DNA of 64,000 nucleotides from sequence record OR896834.1. The stretch is one strand, 5' to 3'. The position numbers were made by a program, and so were the translations under genes. The notes beneath the pieces were generated by a model. That model searched no databases, had not been told where the DNA came from, and worked only from the letters and a program-made list of their open reading frames with translations. Positions within the stretch are counted from its first letter, which is position 1; every line of letters begins with the position of its first letter. Below are positions 39,525 through 48,417 of this stretch, in pieces. Source of the DNA: Escherichia phage Baret.

Positions 39525-40287
39525 TATTATTTTTCTCCAATAGTTCTTTAATCGACAGGATTTCTATCCCATTCGTTTCGGCTTTCTTATAAGATGAGGA
39601 AGAACGCTTCGATTCATCCTCACAGATTAGGTATTTGACGTCTTTGGTAACGGATTTCTTAACCGTGTATCCTAGACCTTCTAAATAGTTTGTTGCATCC
39701 GTTCGGTTTGCAAAGTCTTGCAAAGATCCGGTAATACATACCGCGATTCCATTTGGCTGGGCAACTAAATCATCAGTAACGACGGTTTTAGCTTTAGCAC
39801 CAGTTGAGAATTTCCACGGTAATTCGATAACATCCTTGCCTTGTGGGGAATTTAGCCAGGCTTTATAGTTTTCTCCAGCCTTGCCGTCAGCCTTCACATC
39901 GTGAAAGCCAGTGCAATTTTGGGATAATTTCTTTGCTGCAACCTCTCCAATTAGAGGGATTCCTAAAGAACCGAGAACTGAACCAAAGTCAATGTCTCCG
40001 CGAACTTTAGTATTTAATTCGCTAATTAACTTAGCGGCAACCTTGCTACCCACGGCTCTAACCAAATCTTCTTCGGTTAGGTAAAATAGTTCTGAAATCT
40101 TCGTCAGCTCCAGCTTCTCAATAGTTTTCGGGCCAAAGCCCTTTAACTTCATTTTTGTACAGAAGTTCTCAATTAACTTACTTGATTGCGCTGGACAGTT
40201 GGACTTATTCCGACAGAATAATTGTCCGTTGACAAGATCTAGCTTAGAACCACAAGAGGGACATTGTGTTGGAATTTCGATTTTCAT
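39517..40287 (-). CDS. NAD-dependent DNA ligase, C-terminal segment (Zn finger + HhH + BRCT)
   Basis: CPSCGSKL...C...C zinc finger, HhH-like GIPLIGEVAAKKL, BRCT-like C-terminus; real ATG at 40287. Confidence 0.8.
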   Translation of the reverse strand: MKIEIPTQCPSCGSKLDLVNGQLFCRNKSNCPAQSSKLIENFCTKMKLKGFGPKTIEKLELTKISELFYLTEEDLVRAVGSKVAAKLISELNTKVRGDIDFGSVLGSLGIPLIGEVAAKKLSQNCTGFHDVKADGKAGENYKAWLNSPQGKDVIELPWKFSTGAKAKTVVTDDLVAQPNGIAVCITGSLQDFANRTDATNYLEGLGYTVKKSVTKDVKYLICEDESKRSSSSYKKAETNGIEILSIKELLEKNNNV

Positions 40288-40317
40288 CAAATTTCTTCCT
40301 TATCAATTTATATAAAT

Positions 40318-40346
40318 ATTATAGCAAGTATTTAAGCATTTAGCAA
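40318..40346 (-). promoter_or_regulatory. sigma70-type early promoter (TTGCTA-17-TATAAT) in ligase inter-segment spacer
   Basis: minus-strand -10 at 40318-40323, -35 at 40341-40346. Confidence 0.65.
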
Positions 40347-40410
40347 CTACAATTTTAACTAACTTTGCTTACCCTCGCCATAACTTTCTATCCCTCAACT
40401 GAATGATAAT

Positions 40411-40439
40411 AGTATATACCTAAGCGGCGAAAATGTCAA
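40411..40439 (-). promoter_or_regulatory. sigma70-type promoter (TTGACA-17-TATACT) in ligase inter-segment spacer
   Basis: minus-strand -10 at 40411-40416, -35 at 40434-40439. Confidence 0.5.
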
Positions 40440-40489
40440 TAACCACTTTATAATTCCGATATGGTAGATGGGTAGCAAAGGGTTATGTA

Positions 40490-41461
40490 TTAATCATATA
40501 CTCGCTCTACTATGCACGGGATTACACCACCAGCACGAATCACTCGAATCTGGCAACCGATCTCTAGATCAAGAGAGTTAATATAATCAACGTTATTAAG
40601 AGTCGCTTTAACAATTGTAGCATCATCAATAATTACCGGTTCGAAATAACCAACTGGAGTTACTTTACCAGAGGCCCCTACCTGCCACTCAACTTTAGTA
40701 AGAGTAGTAATCTCACCTTCTTCATCCTCTTTAATAGCGAATGCTCCACGAGGGAATTTATTAGTCCAGCCTTCTCGGAAGAATTTGTTGTTGTCATTAA
40801 TACGAACAACTTTACCATCCGTTGGAATCCACTTAAAGAAGGAACGCACATTAACAACTGTTAAGAAATCTTCATTCTCTAGCCAAAGCATATCTTTTAA
40901 ATACGTTTCTGTAATACCTACAGATTCAGCAGAACACTGGATACCATATGCAACGAAGATTAAACCACCTTCCCCTATACGTTGTACGAAATCATCGCTA
41001 TCTTTGAGGTTAATAGCACCAGAGGCAAAGTTACGTTTATTTTCTACTTCTTTTGTAATTAGAACTTCACCAGTGATTTGAGTAGGTACTTTTTGGGAAA
41101 TCTTTTGAGGGATGTTCAGCAATCTTACGTTGCTTGTGACATCATTCCCTAGAATACCATTACCACGAGTTAGTGCTTGAACAAATTCGCCATTAATATA
41201 TAACAGAGAAATCGCACAACCATCTAACTTATCAGTTTCTACCTGACCTAATGGGTTAAACGGAGGTTTATCTCCACGATTATAATAAACTTTCTGTAAA
41301 GAATACATACGATACAGATGTGGAATATCGCCCTTAGGCCCGATCTCTTCTTCTAACGGAAATCTTTTAATCAGACGATCATATTCTTCGTCAGAGATTA
41401 AAGACATTCCCTGGTAATATGCTTCTTGGCAACGTTTAATAAAGTCTTTTACATTAGTCAT
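40490..41461 (-). CDS. NAD-dependent DNA ligase, N-terminal segment (Ia + adenylation + OB domains)
   Basis: adenylation motif KLDGCAISLLY (KxDG), NAD-binding N-terminus (SDEEYDRL), OB-fold C-terminus. Confidence 0.85.
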   Translation of the reverse strand: MTNVKDFIKRCQEAYYQGMSLISDEEYDRLIKRFPLEEEIGPKGDIPHLYRMYSLQKVYYNRGDKPPFNPLGQVETDKLDGCAISLLYINGEFVQALTRGNGILGNDVTSNVRLLNIPQKISQKVPTQITGEVLITKEVENKRNFASGAINLKDSDDFVQRIGEGGLIFVAYGIQCSAESVGITETYLKDMLWLENEDFLTVVNVRSFFKWIPTDGKVVRINDNNKFFREGWTNKFPRGAFAIKEDEEGEITTLTKVEWQVGASGKVTPVGYFEPVIIDDATIVKATLNNVDYINSLDLEIGCQIRVIRAGGVIPCIVERVYD

Positions 41462-41492
41462 TTATTTGTATCTCTCATTAATTTATATAAAT

Positions 41493-41521
41493 ATTATATA
41501 ACAAAACTGAGTTGAAAGCAA
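41493..41521 (-). promoter_or_regulatory. sigma70-type early promoter (TTGCTT-17-TATAAT)
   Basis: minus-strand -10 at 41493-41498, -35 at 41516-41521. Confidence 0.6.
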
Positions 41522-41548
41522 ATACATTTATAAAGAAAAAGCCAAGAA

Positions 41549-41857
41549 CTAGGCATTCTTGGCTTTGAGTTCTTCAGCTCGTTTCTGTACTTCATGTAAA
41601 ACCTCAGATTCGCTAAGAATCTGTGTAAACGCATAGAAAAGCTGCGATGTTGTTTCTAGGGTGTAAGGAAAAGAGAAGCCAGATTTCGTTGGAAACCATT
41701 CATCATTAATATCAAGAAGCCAGTAACGAATACCCATGTATAGATTCCCACGAAATTCAGATACTGTTAATCTTACTTGTTCTCCCTCCTTCTCCCAGAG
41801 TATGATGGACTGGTCATCAACGTGTCCTTCATAGTTTTGATTTACCTGTTCGCTCAT
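41549..41857 (-). CDS. hypothetical protein
   Basis: 102-aa ORF with ATG start. Confidence 0.45.
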   Translation of the reverse strand: MSEQVNQNYEGHVDDQSIILWEKEGEQVRLTVSEFRGNLYMGIRYWLLDINDEWFPTKSGFSFPYTLETTSQLFYAFTQILSESEVLHEVQKRAEELKAKNA

Positions 41858-41907
41858 TTACATATCCCAAATACACAAAAAGCCCCATATAGGGGCTAAT
41901 TGGTTTC

Positions 41908-42204
41908 TTATCGGCCTACTGGAGAAGCACGATCTAACTCTGATTGGAGGCTAGTCACACGACGGACTTTCTCGACAGGAATAAAACGGAAGCTATCATT
42001 AGTACGAGAGAAGACAAGGATCTCATCATCTTTCGCTTTACGAATACGTTCACGTTTAATACGCTCAGCCAGATATTTATCTTGGGCTGGATCAAATTCC
42101 ATCGTACCCTGAAGGTACGTGGTTCCTTTCTGACGAAGTTTCTCGTAATGAAGATAAAACTCACCAAATTTTTCACATTGTGCGATAATTTCAGCTTTGG
42201 TCAT
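41908..42204 (-). CDS. hypothetical protein
   Basis: 98-aa ORF with ATG start. Confidence 0.45.
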   Translation of the reverse strand: MTKAEIIAQCEKFGEFYLHYEKLRQKGTTYLQGTMEFDPAQDKYLAERIKRERIRKAKDDEILVFSRTNDSFRFIPVEKVRRVTSLQSELDRASPVGR

Positions 42205-42240
42205 AACTGTGTTCCTTTTGTTGGTGGATTTATCTAAAAA

Positions 42241-42651
42241 TTACTTAGTGATAGCTCGGATTGCTTCTGCCAGATGAGCAGCCGCTTTACCAGTCAGTTT
42301 GTCGATAATTGCATCATCCAGAAAATCTGGTGCTAAGCCAGCATCAGAGAATGCTGAACGAAGATCGGCATGAGCTTGGGCTTTGGAAGTACGAGAACCA
42401 CCAGAAGCTTTTTCTCCAGTAGATGCGCTAGATTTAGAAGCAGAGCCAGCAGCTTTCTTGATATACACACCTGCTTTAGTTAGCTTCATACGAAAACCGT
42501 TCGGAGTTACACCATTTTCCTGGGCAATTTCGCTAACAATTTCCATGCTAACACCCGGACGTTCATCCTCTGGGAATTGCTCCATACGAGCAACGTATTC
42601 GGAAGACATTTTTTCGAACAGTTCATCAGTCCACTGAGTTGGAGTAGTCAT
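42241..42651 (-). CDS. hypothetical protein with HTH-like segment related to the 38757-39524 repeats
   Basis: 136 aa; Ala/Ser-rich; downstream of promoter 42709-42737. Confidence 0.45.
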   Translation of the reverse strand: MTTPTQWTDELFEKMSSEYVARMEQFPEDERPGVSMEIVSEIAQENGVTPNGFRMKLTKAGVYIKKAAGSASKSSASTGEKASGGSRTSKAQAHADLRSAFSDAGLAPDFLDDAIIDKLTGKAAAHLAEAIRAITK

Positions 42652-42708
42652 ATTTTATATTTCCTTAATTAATAATTAAACAGAATAGTTCTTTCAAACT
42701 ATGAGAAT

Positions 42709-42737
42709 ATTATACCAAGAATTATAGGATTAAGCAA
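42709..42737 (-). promoter_or_regulatory. sigma70-type early promoter (TTGCTT-17-TATAAT)
   Basis: minus-strand -10 at 42709-42714, -35 at 42732-42737. Confidence 0.6.
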
Positions 42738-42757
42738 CTGAAATTTTTCTGTAATTG

Positions 42758-43021
42758 CTACACATCTAGCTCAACGATCTCCCAATCATCCGCCAGAGCT
42801 TCTTCTAGGGTTAGGGAGGAGGTTTTCCATGTTGCGTCTTTTATATCGAACTTGGTATACCCATCTTCATTGGGCCACCAGGTAAACTCGACAATATCAT
42901 TATTATCAACATCTACTTTTATAATGGTAGAGTAATAAGTACGAGCGTCCCAATTACCCCAGCTATCCCGCTGGAGATATTTTACATCTCCATCTTTAAG
43001 CAAATCTGTTAGCTTACTCAC
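42758..43021 (-). CDS. hypothetical protein (non-ATG start, GTG 43021 or TTG 43045)
   Basis: ORF has no internal Met; AAGGAAA RBS 5 nt before GTG 43021. Confidence 0.35.
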   Translation of the reverse strand: MSKLTDLLKDGDVKYLQRDSWGNWDARTYYSTIIKVDVDNNDIVEFTWWPNEDGYTKFDIKDATWKTSSLTLEEALADDWEIVELDV

Positions 43022-43718
43022 GGCGTTTTCCTTTTTCTTTATCAAGCTTCAGGGCGGCCTTAACAGCTTCGTTAATCAACGTAATAATTTCTTCACGAGT
43101 CCACTTGTACCCTAGAGATTTTACGTCAACCCCTAACTTTTCTAGATGCTTAACAGAGGCCAACTCGTAATTCATATAATGGACGTTCTGTTGTTTGCCT
43201 TCCGATAGAAGCCATACACGGTAACAACCAACAGGATTATCCATTGCTTTTTTGATTTCACCGATACACTGGTATCCAGGAACCCAAACAAGCTCACCAA
43301 CTGCAAATTCTTCTGCTACAGCATCATCAGGAATAATTGGAGGATTCAATGGATCTACAATATCGTTCAAACGAAGTAGAGCACCATATCGTTCCAGAAC
43401 AGATTTAACCATTGCTACAGAGCGGTAATTACGATCGGCAATTTCTTCAAAAGAATCACCAGATAAATACTGCTCAATAACGTTAGCTAACTCAATGCCT
43501 TCAATGAGTGTGCCACGTTTCTTTTTCTTCATTTCGGCAACTTGAATCTGGCGGTCTTGCCATTCTTCAATCATTCTTTCCATAGTTGGATTAGATGATA
43601 CGCCGAGCATTTCACACGCTGCTTTCTTAGTACCACCGTTCTCCAGATGCTCTATAACCTTTTTAAAGACTTCATCCGGGATTTCATGGATATGTTTCTT
43701 TCTACGAGAACCAGCCAT
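43014..43718 (-). CDS. hypothetical protein with N-terminal HTH-like region
   Basis: 234 aa; GAGGAG RBS 7 nt upstream of ATG; immediately downstream of PN25-like promoter. Confidence 0.5.
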   Translation of the reverse strand: MAGSRRKKHIHEIPDEVFKKVIEHLENGGTKKAACEMLGVSSNPTMERMIEEWQDRQIQVAEMKKKKRGTLIEGIELANVIEQYLSGDSFEEIADRNYRSVAMVKSVLERYGALLRLNDIVDPLNPPIIPDDAVAEEFAVGELVWVPGYQCIGEIKKAMDNPVGCYRVWLLSEGKQQNVHYMNYELASVKHLEKLGVDVKSLGYKWTREEIITLINEAVKAALKLDKEKGKRRE

Positions 43719-43749
43719 ATTTAAACTCCTCTCTCAAATTTATGAATCT

Positions 43750-43778
43750 ATTATACAGAAATTTTTTGCACTATGCAA
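43750..43778 (-). promoter_or_regulatory. PN25-like T5 early promoter (TTGCAT-17-TATAAT followed by AGATTCATAAATTTGAGAGAGGAG)
   Basis: minus-strand -10 at 43750-43755, -35 at 43773-43778; downstream sequence closely matches the T5 PN25 promoter as I recall it. Confidence 0.7.
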
Positions 43779-43786
43779 ATAAATTT

Positions 43787-44020
43787 TTACGATTCCTTGA
43801 GCAAAGAAGCAAGTTCAGCATAGACTTTATCTAATTCAAAGCCGATGCGAAGAGACACGTTTGTTTTCCGTTGTTTAAGTAACCACTCGGATATGTTAGG
43901 GATGCCAGCTAATCTAGCAGGAACCACCCTACATAGCTTTTCCGAAGTATCGTAAACAGGAACTTTACGCTCTTTTACTGGGAACTTCCTTGTTTCCCAT
44001 TTTTTATTCTTCACTGTCAT
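43787..44020 (-). CDS. hypothetical protein
   Basis: 77 aa from ATG 44020 (ORF-track start is GTG 44029). Confidence 0.4.
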   Translation of the reverse strand: MTVKNKKWETRKFPVKERKVPVYDTSEKLCRVVPARLAGIPNISEWLLKQRKTNVSLRIGFELDKVYAELASLLKES

Positions 44021-46793
44021 TTCTAGCACCTAGCTCTGCCATTGCTTCATCATGCATATGTTTCTCCTCATCAGGCATAAACTTATAAGGAATTGGCATA
44101 CACTCGATTTTACAATAGGTTCTGTACCAGTCTACAATATTTTCAGTGTTCATATCCTTACCAATACCCATCATACCAAGATACATTCTAGCATATTTTG
44201 GGTTAGCACTCTGACCTGTTTTAAGGAAGAAGTCCTTCTTCTTACCTTTCAGAGCTTCTATGAATGGTTTGATAGTGACGTTTGAACACTTCTTAATATC
44301 TTCCCAAAACATCTCGTGCATTTTATGGAAGAATGCCGCTCGATCATTAGGTTTATCCTTGATATATTGTTCAACATGCTCAACTGTTACATCTTTAATA
44401 GACTCAAGATGATAATAGCGAACAAGAAGTAGTTTAGCTTCATACGCATCCGCATGACGTGGAGCACAATAATCAGGAGTTGAATGTAGAATAGCTTTGA
44501 TTCGCTCTTCCATATATTCTTTCCCTGCACCTTCAATAGTTCCCCAGCTTTCGCTGAAAATATCAATAGTTGCACCCTGATCAAGCAAGTAATAACGTAA
44601 AGTACTAGTATAATTTCTAGATTCCAGCTCTCTACGACGTGCATATAATTGCTGTGCTAACTCCAGCCAGCCCTCATCAATATTATATTGTTCAGAACCT
44701 GCAGAGAATCCACTCGTAGATTTATCAATAAAATAATAGATATTCTGAGCACCACGGTCGCGCCTGATTGCTTGAAAACGCATGTTTGGCGCTTGGTTAC
44801 TGGTTCTAGTAATAACGAATACGTTATCAAAATAGTTGAAGTCAACCCCACTCGTTACGGATGGACTACATAATAAGCAATCAATTTGTTGATCAATCAG
44901 CTCATTAGTTGTGTAATCCAGAATACGTCTAATATCCACATCAGACGTAGAATTTGAGTGGATTTCCTTAACTAACGCACCCGTATTACGACGTAATGCC
45001 ATACCCTTCTCATTCAGCTCATCAGGGGCACAATCAGATACCAGAATAGATTTCTCACCCATCTCTAGAGAAGTCTGAAGTGCAACCCAAATACTGGATT
45101 CATCAGGAAACTCATAAGCATGAGCTTTTGACAGCATTTTACGGTGATGATTATAAAATGCAACCGGTTTATCAAACTCGATCAAAGAACCATATGCTTC
45201 AATTGTTTCTGCACTAATATCACCATCTGATAATATAATGATTTTTGCAGTTGCAAGAATATCCCGAAGAACCTGAATACATTCACGACGTTGTTTAACA
45301 ACCGGGGCGAATAGTAGGTCATTCATTACTGCATCACATTCATCTATAAAGATTGCATCAATTTGACCAATAAAACTCTTGAACTTATGCAAAGAGTGAA
45401 TAGTTGTGGACATACGGTCAATAGCACCACGCTTAAAATTAAGCATATCTACAGACTTATCATATTGTCCTGCACTAAATTTCTTAGCATTGGAAGATAC
45501 CAGTGCTCGAGTATTGGTAATTGCTAAGAAATTACCTTTAATAACTCTTGAATCTAACCAACGCACAACCGCTGTAGTTTTACCTGTACCTAGACTCGCT
45601 TTTACAAAAGTCATATAACCTTCTGGTGGCACAGTATTTAATTTCAAGAAGTTATCAGTCTCTAAAGAGTTAGTTTCTAGCTTTTTGAGTGGAATACCTT
45701 TTAAAACATCCGGTATATCACGTTTAGAATTATTAACAAATGCTTTTAGAGCCTGTTTACGACCATTATTAAAGTAGTCTTGAATATTACGACTATTATC
45801 TTTAGTTGCAATATATTCTGATAAGGCTGGACGGATTTCTTTTTCTAGCCATGCAAAATCAACACCATCCTCTAAAGCCCTGTGATAGAGTTTAGGAATA
45901 ATACGTAGATACACTCCATCCTCAGCTTCTTCTAGTTCGCTGATGGTTTCTTCTACTTTATCAGAGGCAGCTTTTTTACCCTTAATTTGGTCGAGTAAAG
46001 AGTAGAACTCTTCTTTAAACTCACCTCTAGTTGTTTCATAGTCAACCAGATTATTGGGTAAATTTACTTTAGAACCCTTAACAAATACCAGACGTGAAGC
46101 ACCCTCCGCTTTAAACGGATCTACTATACCATCGGTAAATAACGGATCTGCAAAATAATGGAGCTGTACGGAAGAGTAATAAGCTAAGTCGGCAATATCA
46201 AAGCCATACTTTTGTCTACTACTTTCGTTGATAGATGTAAATAAGAATTTGATTTGACCCTGAGTTACTTTAACATTAGATTCTAGTATTAAGTGCATTC
46301 GGATACCTGGTTTTAGCCCAGCCGAAGATGATGCATGAGCGATAAACCCTGCATCAAGAGGAAACATATCCTCACTAATACTATTTAACATTCTAATAAT
46401 ATGTCGAGCCATGCCAACAAGATCAAACTTGTTACAACCACCTGTATCTACAATACCATCCACGTCCATTGCAATTATATGACTTGGGTTAGATACATTA
46501 AAGTTGCCCTTCTTACGTCGCACATTATTTTTAGGTGCAAGACATCGACCTCGTACCGCAACGATATGAGGGTCAGACGTTAAACGTCTCATAAGAGGAA
46601 GCATTTCTACTAGGGTTTGAGGATCAACTTCGTCAATTACATCAAACTTGAAGGGCATTGAAGCTGGTTTACCTTCAGGATGCTTTGAGGAAAATCTTTT
46701 AGCAAAAAGATAATCTTCTGCTTTAACTTCTCGCCAATTGCCTGTGGCTAAATCGCGATGAAATCCTGCATGACCTTGTAGGATTGAAAACAC
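44004..46793 (-). CDS. large P-loop NTPase, putative replication-initiation/origin-binding helicase (start uncertain)
   Basis: Walker A SLGTGKTT and Walker B IFIDECD; ORF-track start 46871 is TTG; GTG 46793 has AGGAG RBS 7 nt upstream. Confidence 0.55.
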   Translation of the reverse strand: MFSILQGHAGFHRDLATGNWREVKAEDYLFAKRFSSKHPEGKPASMPFKFDVIDEVDPQTLVEMLPLMRRLTSDPHIVAVRGRCLAPKNNVRRKKGNFNVSNPSHIIAMDVDGIVDTGGCNKFDLVGMARHIIRMLNSISEDMFPLDAGFIAHASSSAGLKPGIRMHLILESNVKVTQGQIKFLFTSINESSRQKYGFDIADLAYYSSVQLHYFADPLFTDGIVDPFKAEGASRLVFVKGSKVNLPNNLVDYETTRGEFKEEFYSLLDQIKGKKAASDKVEETISELEEAEDGVYLRIIPKLYHRALEDGVDFAWLEKEIRPALSEYIATKDNSRNIQDYFNNGRKQALKAFVNNSKRDIPDVLKGIPLKKLETNSLETDNFLKLNTVPPEGYMTFVKASLGTGKTTAVVRWLDSRVIKGNFLAITNTRALVSSNAKKFSAGQYDKSVDMLNFKRGAIDRMSTTIHSLHKFKSFIGQIDAIFIDECDAVMNDLLFAPVVKQRRECIQVLRDILATAKIIILSDGDISAETIEAYGSLIEFDKPVAFYNHHRKMLSKAHAYEFPDESSIWVALQTSLEMGEKSILVSDCAPDELNEKGMALRRNTGALVKEIHSNSTSDVDIRRILDYTTNELIDQQIDCLLCSPSVTSGVDFNYFDNVFVITRTSNQAPNMRFQAIRRDRGAQNIYYFIDKSTSGFSAGSEQYNIDEGWLELAQQLYARRRELESRNYTSTLRYYLLDQGATIDIFSESWGTIEGAGKEYMEERIKAILHSTPDYCAPRHADAYEAKLLLVRYYHLESIKDVTVEHVEQYIKDKPNDRAAFFHKMHEMFWEDIKKCSNVTIKPFIEALKGKKKDFFLKTGQSANPKYARMYLGMMGIGKDMNTENIVDWYRTYCKIECMPIPYKFMPDEEKHMHDEAMAELGARNDSEE

Positions 46794-46871
46794 AACAATA
46801 CTCCTGTGTTGAAAATGAAATAAGTTTTCTTTAGGACTATTCAGAAAGAATAGAACAACTGTTACTGTCAA

Positions 46872-47292
46872 TTTCTCAACAAATTAATCGCAAATACTGA
46901 AGGGGGGTGGCAACTTCCCCTTTCACGCTACACTGCCGCTTCACTATACCGCACAAATCCTTGAGGATGGCCGCTAAGCCAGATTTGCTCACCTAATGCT
47001 TCATGTACTAGCTCATACTAGATGCAGTATACCTTACGTCATCACTTCTCAGAGTTTTTCACTCTTCCCGTCTCACTTCACAACCACCTCACACTAGGTT
47101 GCTTCGAGGCCTTACCAGGGTTCCTACGGGATGTAGATCGCTAAGTATTCTATTAACTATTTGTTTAAAAACTAACACGTAACAGTTAAAACAACCCTTA
47201 ATGGGGCAGCCTAACTGTTCCGTATCGCGGATTGTAAACAAGAAAAATTAGCAAAATCAATTTTTACTAATGTCTCTCAATTCAATATAAAT
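46872..47292 (-). other. ORF-free, compositionally distinct leader/non-coding island downstream of promoter 47293-47321
   Basis: no ORF of 60 aa or more on either strand; plus strand C/T-rich, unlike flanking AT-rich DNA; transcribed leftward from a consensus promoter. Confidence 0.5.
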
Positions 47293-47321
47293 ATTATATC
47301 AAGATTTTGGGCATCCTGCAA
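47293..47321 (-). promoter_or_regulatory. sigma70-type early promoter (TTGCAG-17-TATAAT)
   Basis: minus-strand -10 at 47293-47298, -35 at 47316-47321. Confidence 0.55.
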
Positions 47322-47397
47322 GTAAAATTTTCCGGATGGTGCTATCATTGGTCTTGAGTACGGATAAAACCGAGCCAAAATGACTCGGTTATGTGGA

Positions 47398-47595
47398 TTA
47401 GACGCTTAAAATACTTCTAATCTCTTCTATATACTTACCTACTTTTTTAGCATCTACTTTACTTAGTTTTCCTATATCAAAATCAGGATCAGTAAACATT
47501 CTAGCTATCTCTATCTCTAGAGACTTACTAATTTTCCCGGTAGTATTCCACTTAGAAATCTTACCTTTTATTTTCCAAAATTCCTTATTCATCAT
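47398..47595 (-). CDS. hypothetical small protein
   Basis: 65-aa ORF, Lys-rich. Confidence 0.4.
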   Translation of the reverse strand: MMNKEFWKIKGKISKWNTTGKISKSLEIEIARMFTDPDFDIGKLSKVDAKKVGKYIEEIRSILSV

Positions 47596-47977
47596 TTAGG
47601 CCTGGAACATAAATCCCAACACGGTTTAATTGTTCTTTAGCTTCTTTGAGAATATCTGGAGTGTACTCCCAAATATCATCTTCTACCTGTAAAAGATGGG
47701 GCGAACAACCGTCATCAGGCACACGACATATGGCCAAACCACGTGGATGGAATATAGAGAAGTTTAGGGCAACAATTAAACCCATAGCAGACAATTCATT
47801 CCAATCCAATTCCCATTCCCTAGCGTAGCCTGATAGGAAAACACCAACACAGGGATCATCTATTTGCTGCTCTGGAAAAGTGAAGGAGGCTTGTCTTACC
47901 CCCAACCAACGTTGTAGCAGCTTCTCAGCACGCTTCACCAAACTAGGATCAATCTGACGCCAATATACTTGTTCCAT
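47585..47977 (-). CDS. hypothetical protein, tandem paralog of 47987-48415
   Basis: 130 aa; shared pattern (PC[IV]G...MGL[IV].ALN...F.P...L.V.....W.Y.P...PGL) with neighbour; AAGGAGG RBS. Confidence 0.55.
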   Translation of the reverse strand: MEQVYWRQIDPSLVKRAEKLLQRWLGVRQASFTFPEQQIDDPCVGVFLSGYAREWELDWNELSAMGLIVALNFSIFHPRGLAICRVPDDGCSPHLLQVEDDIWEYTPDILKEAKEQLNRVGIYVPGLNDE

Positions 47978-47986
47978 TCTGCCTCC

Positions 47987-48415
47987 TTAAGCAGTTAAAC
48001 CTGGGATCATATACCCGAAATGGCGAAGTTTCTGAATCCCCTCATTCACTTCTTCCGGTGAGTAAGACCAACCATAACGTTCATTAACCTGAAAACCAGG
48101 AGATTCACTAGTTTTATAGTTAACAACTAGGCGATGCTTAGCAGGCATAAACAGCTTATAGTTTAACGCAAAAACTAAGCCCATTTCGTCTAACTCTTTC
48201 CAGCCCACAATCTCTTCAAGACCATCCTCTACCTGCACAATTAAACCAATACAGGGGGCCTCATCAATATCATCCTTAAAAGCAAAGGAGATTTCGTTAT
48301 TCTCACACCATATTTTCAAAGAGTTAATAGCCTCATTATACAGGCTAGCTGGGAGAGTACGCCAAAAGTTAACCAAAATTGGGTTAGCTTCTTTAGAGAA
48401 TACATTATTGAACAT
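47987..48415 (-). CDS. hypothetical protein, tandem paralog of 47585-47977
   Basis: 142 aa; see paralog. Confidence 0.55.
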   Translation of the reverse strand: MFNNVFSKEANPILVNFWRTLPASLYNEAINSLKIWCENNEISFAFKDDIDEAPCIGLIVQVEDGLEEIVGWKELDEMGLVFALNYKLFMPAKHRLVVNYKTSESPGFQVNERYGWSYSPEEVNEGIQKLRHFGYMIPGLTA

Positions 48416-48417
48416 AT

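Noticed and set aside
39042-39551. 169-aa plus-strand ORF antisense to the HTH-repeat DNA-binding protein gene
   Set aside because: Ser/Phe-rich low-complexity product, no initiation signals; mirror of the Ala-rich gene on the other strand.
46872-47397. Possible tRNA gene(s) in the ORF-free island (T5-like phages carry tRNA clusters)
   Set aside because: Reading both strands I found no T-loop (GTTCRANYC) or D-loop signatures and no cloverleaf-compatible acceptor stems; the tRNA cluster is presumably outside this window. A tRNAscan run would settle it.
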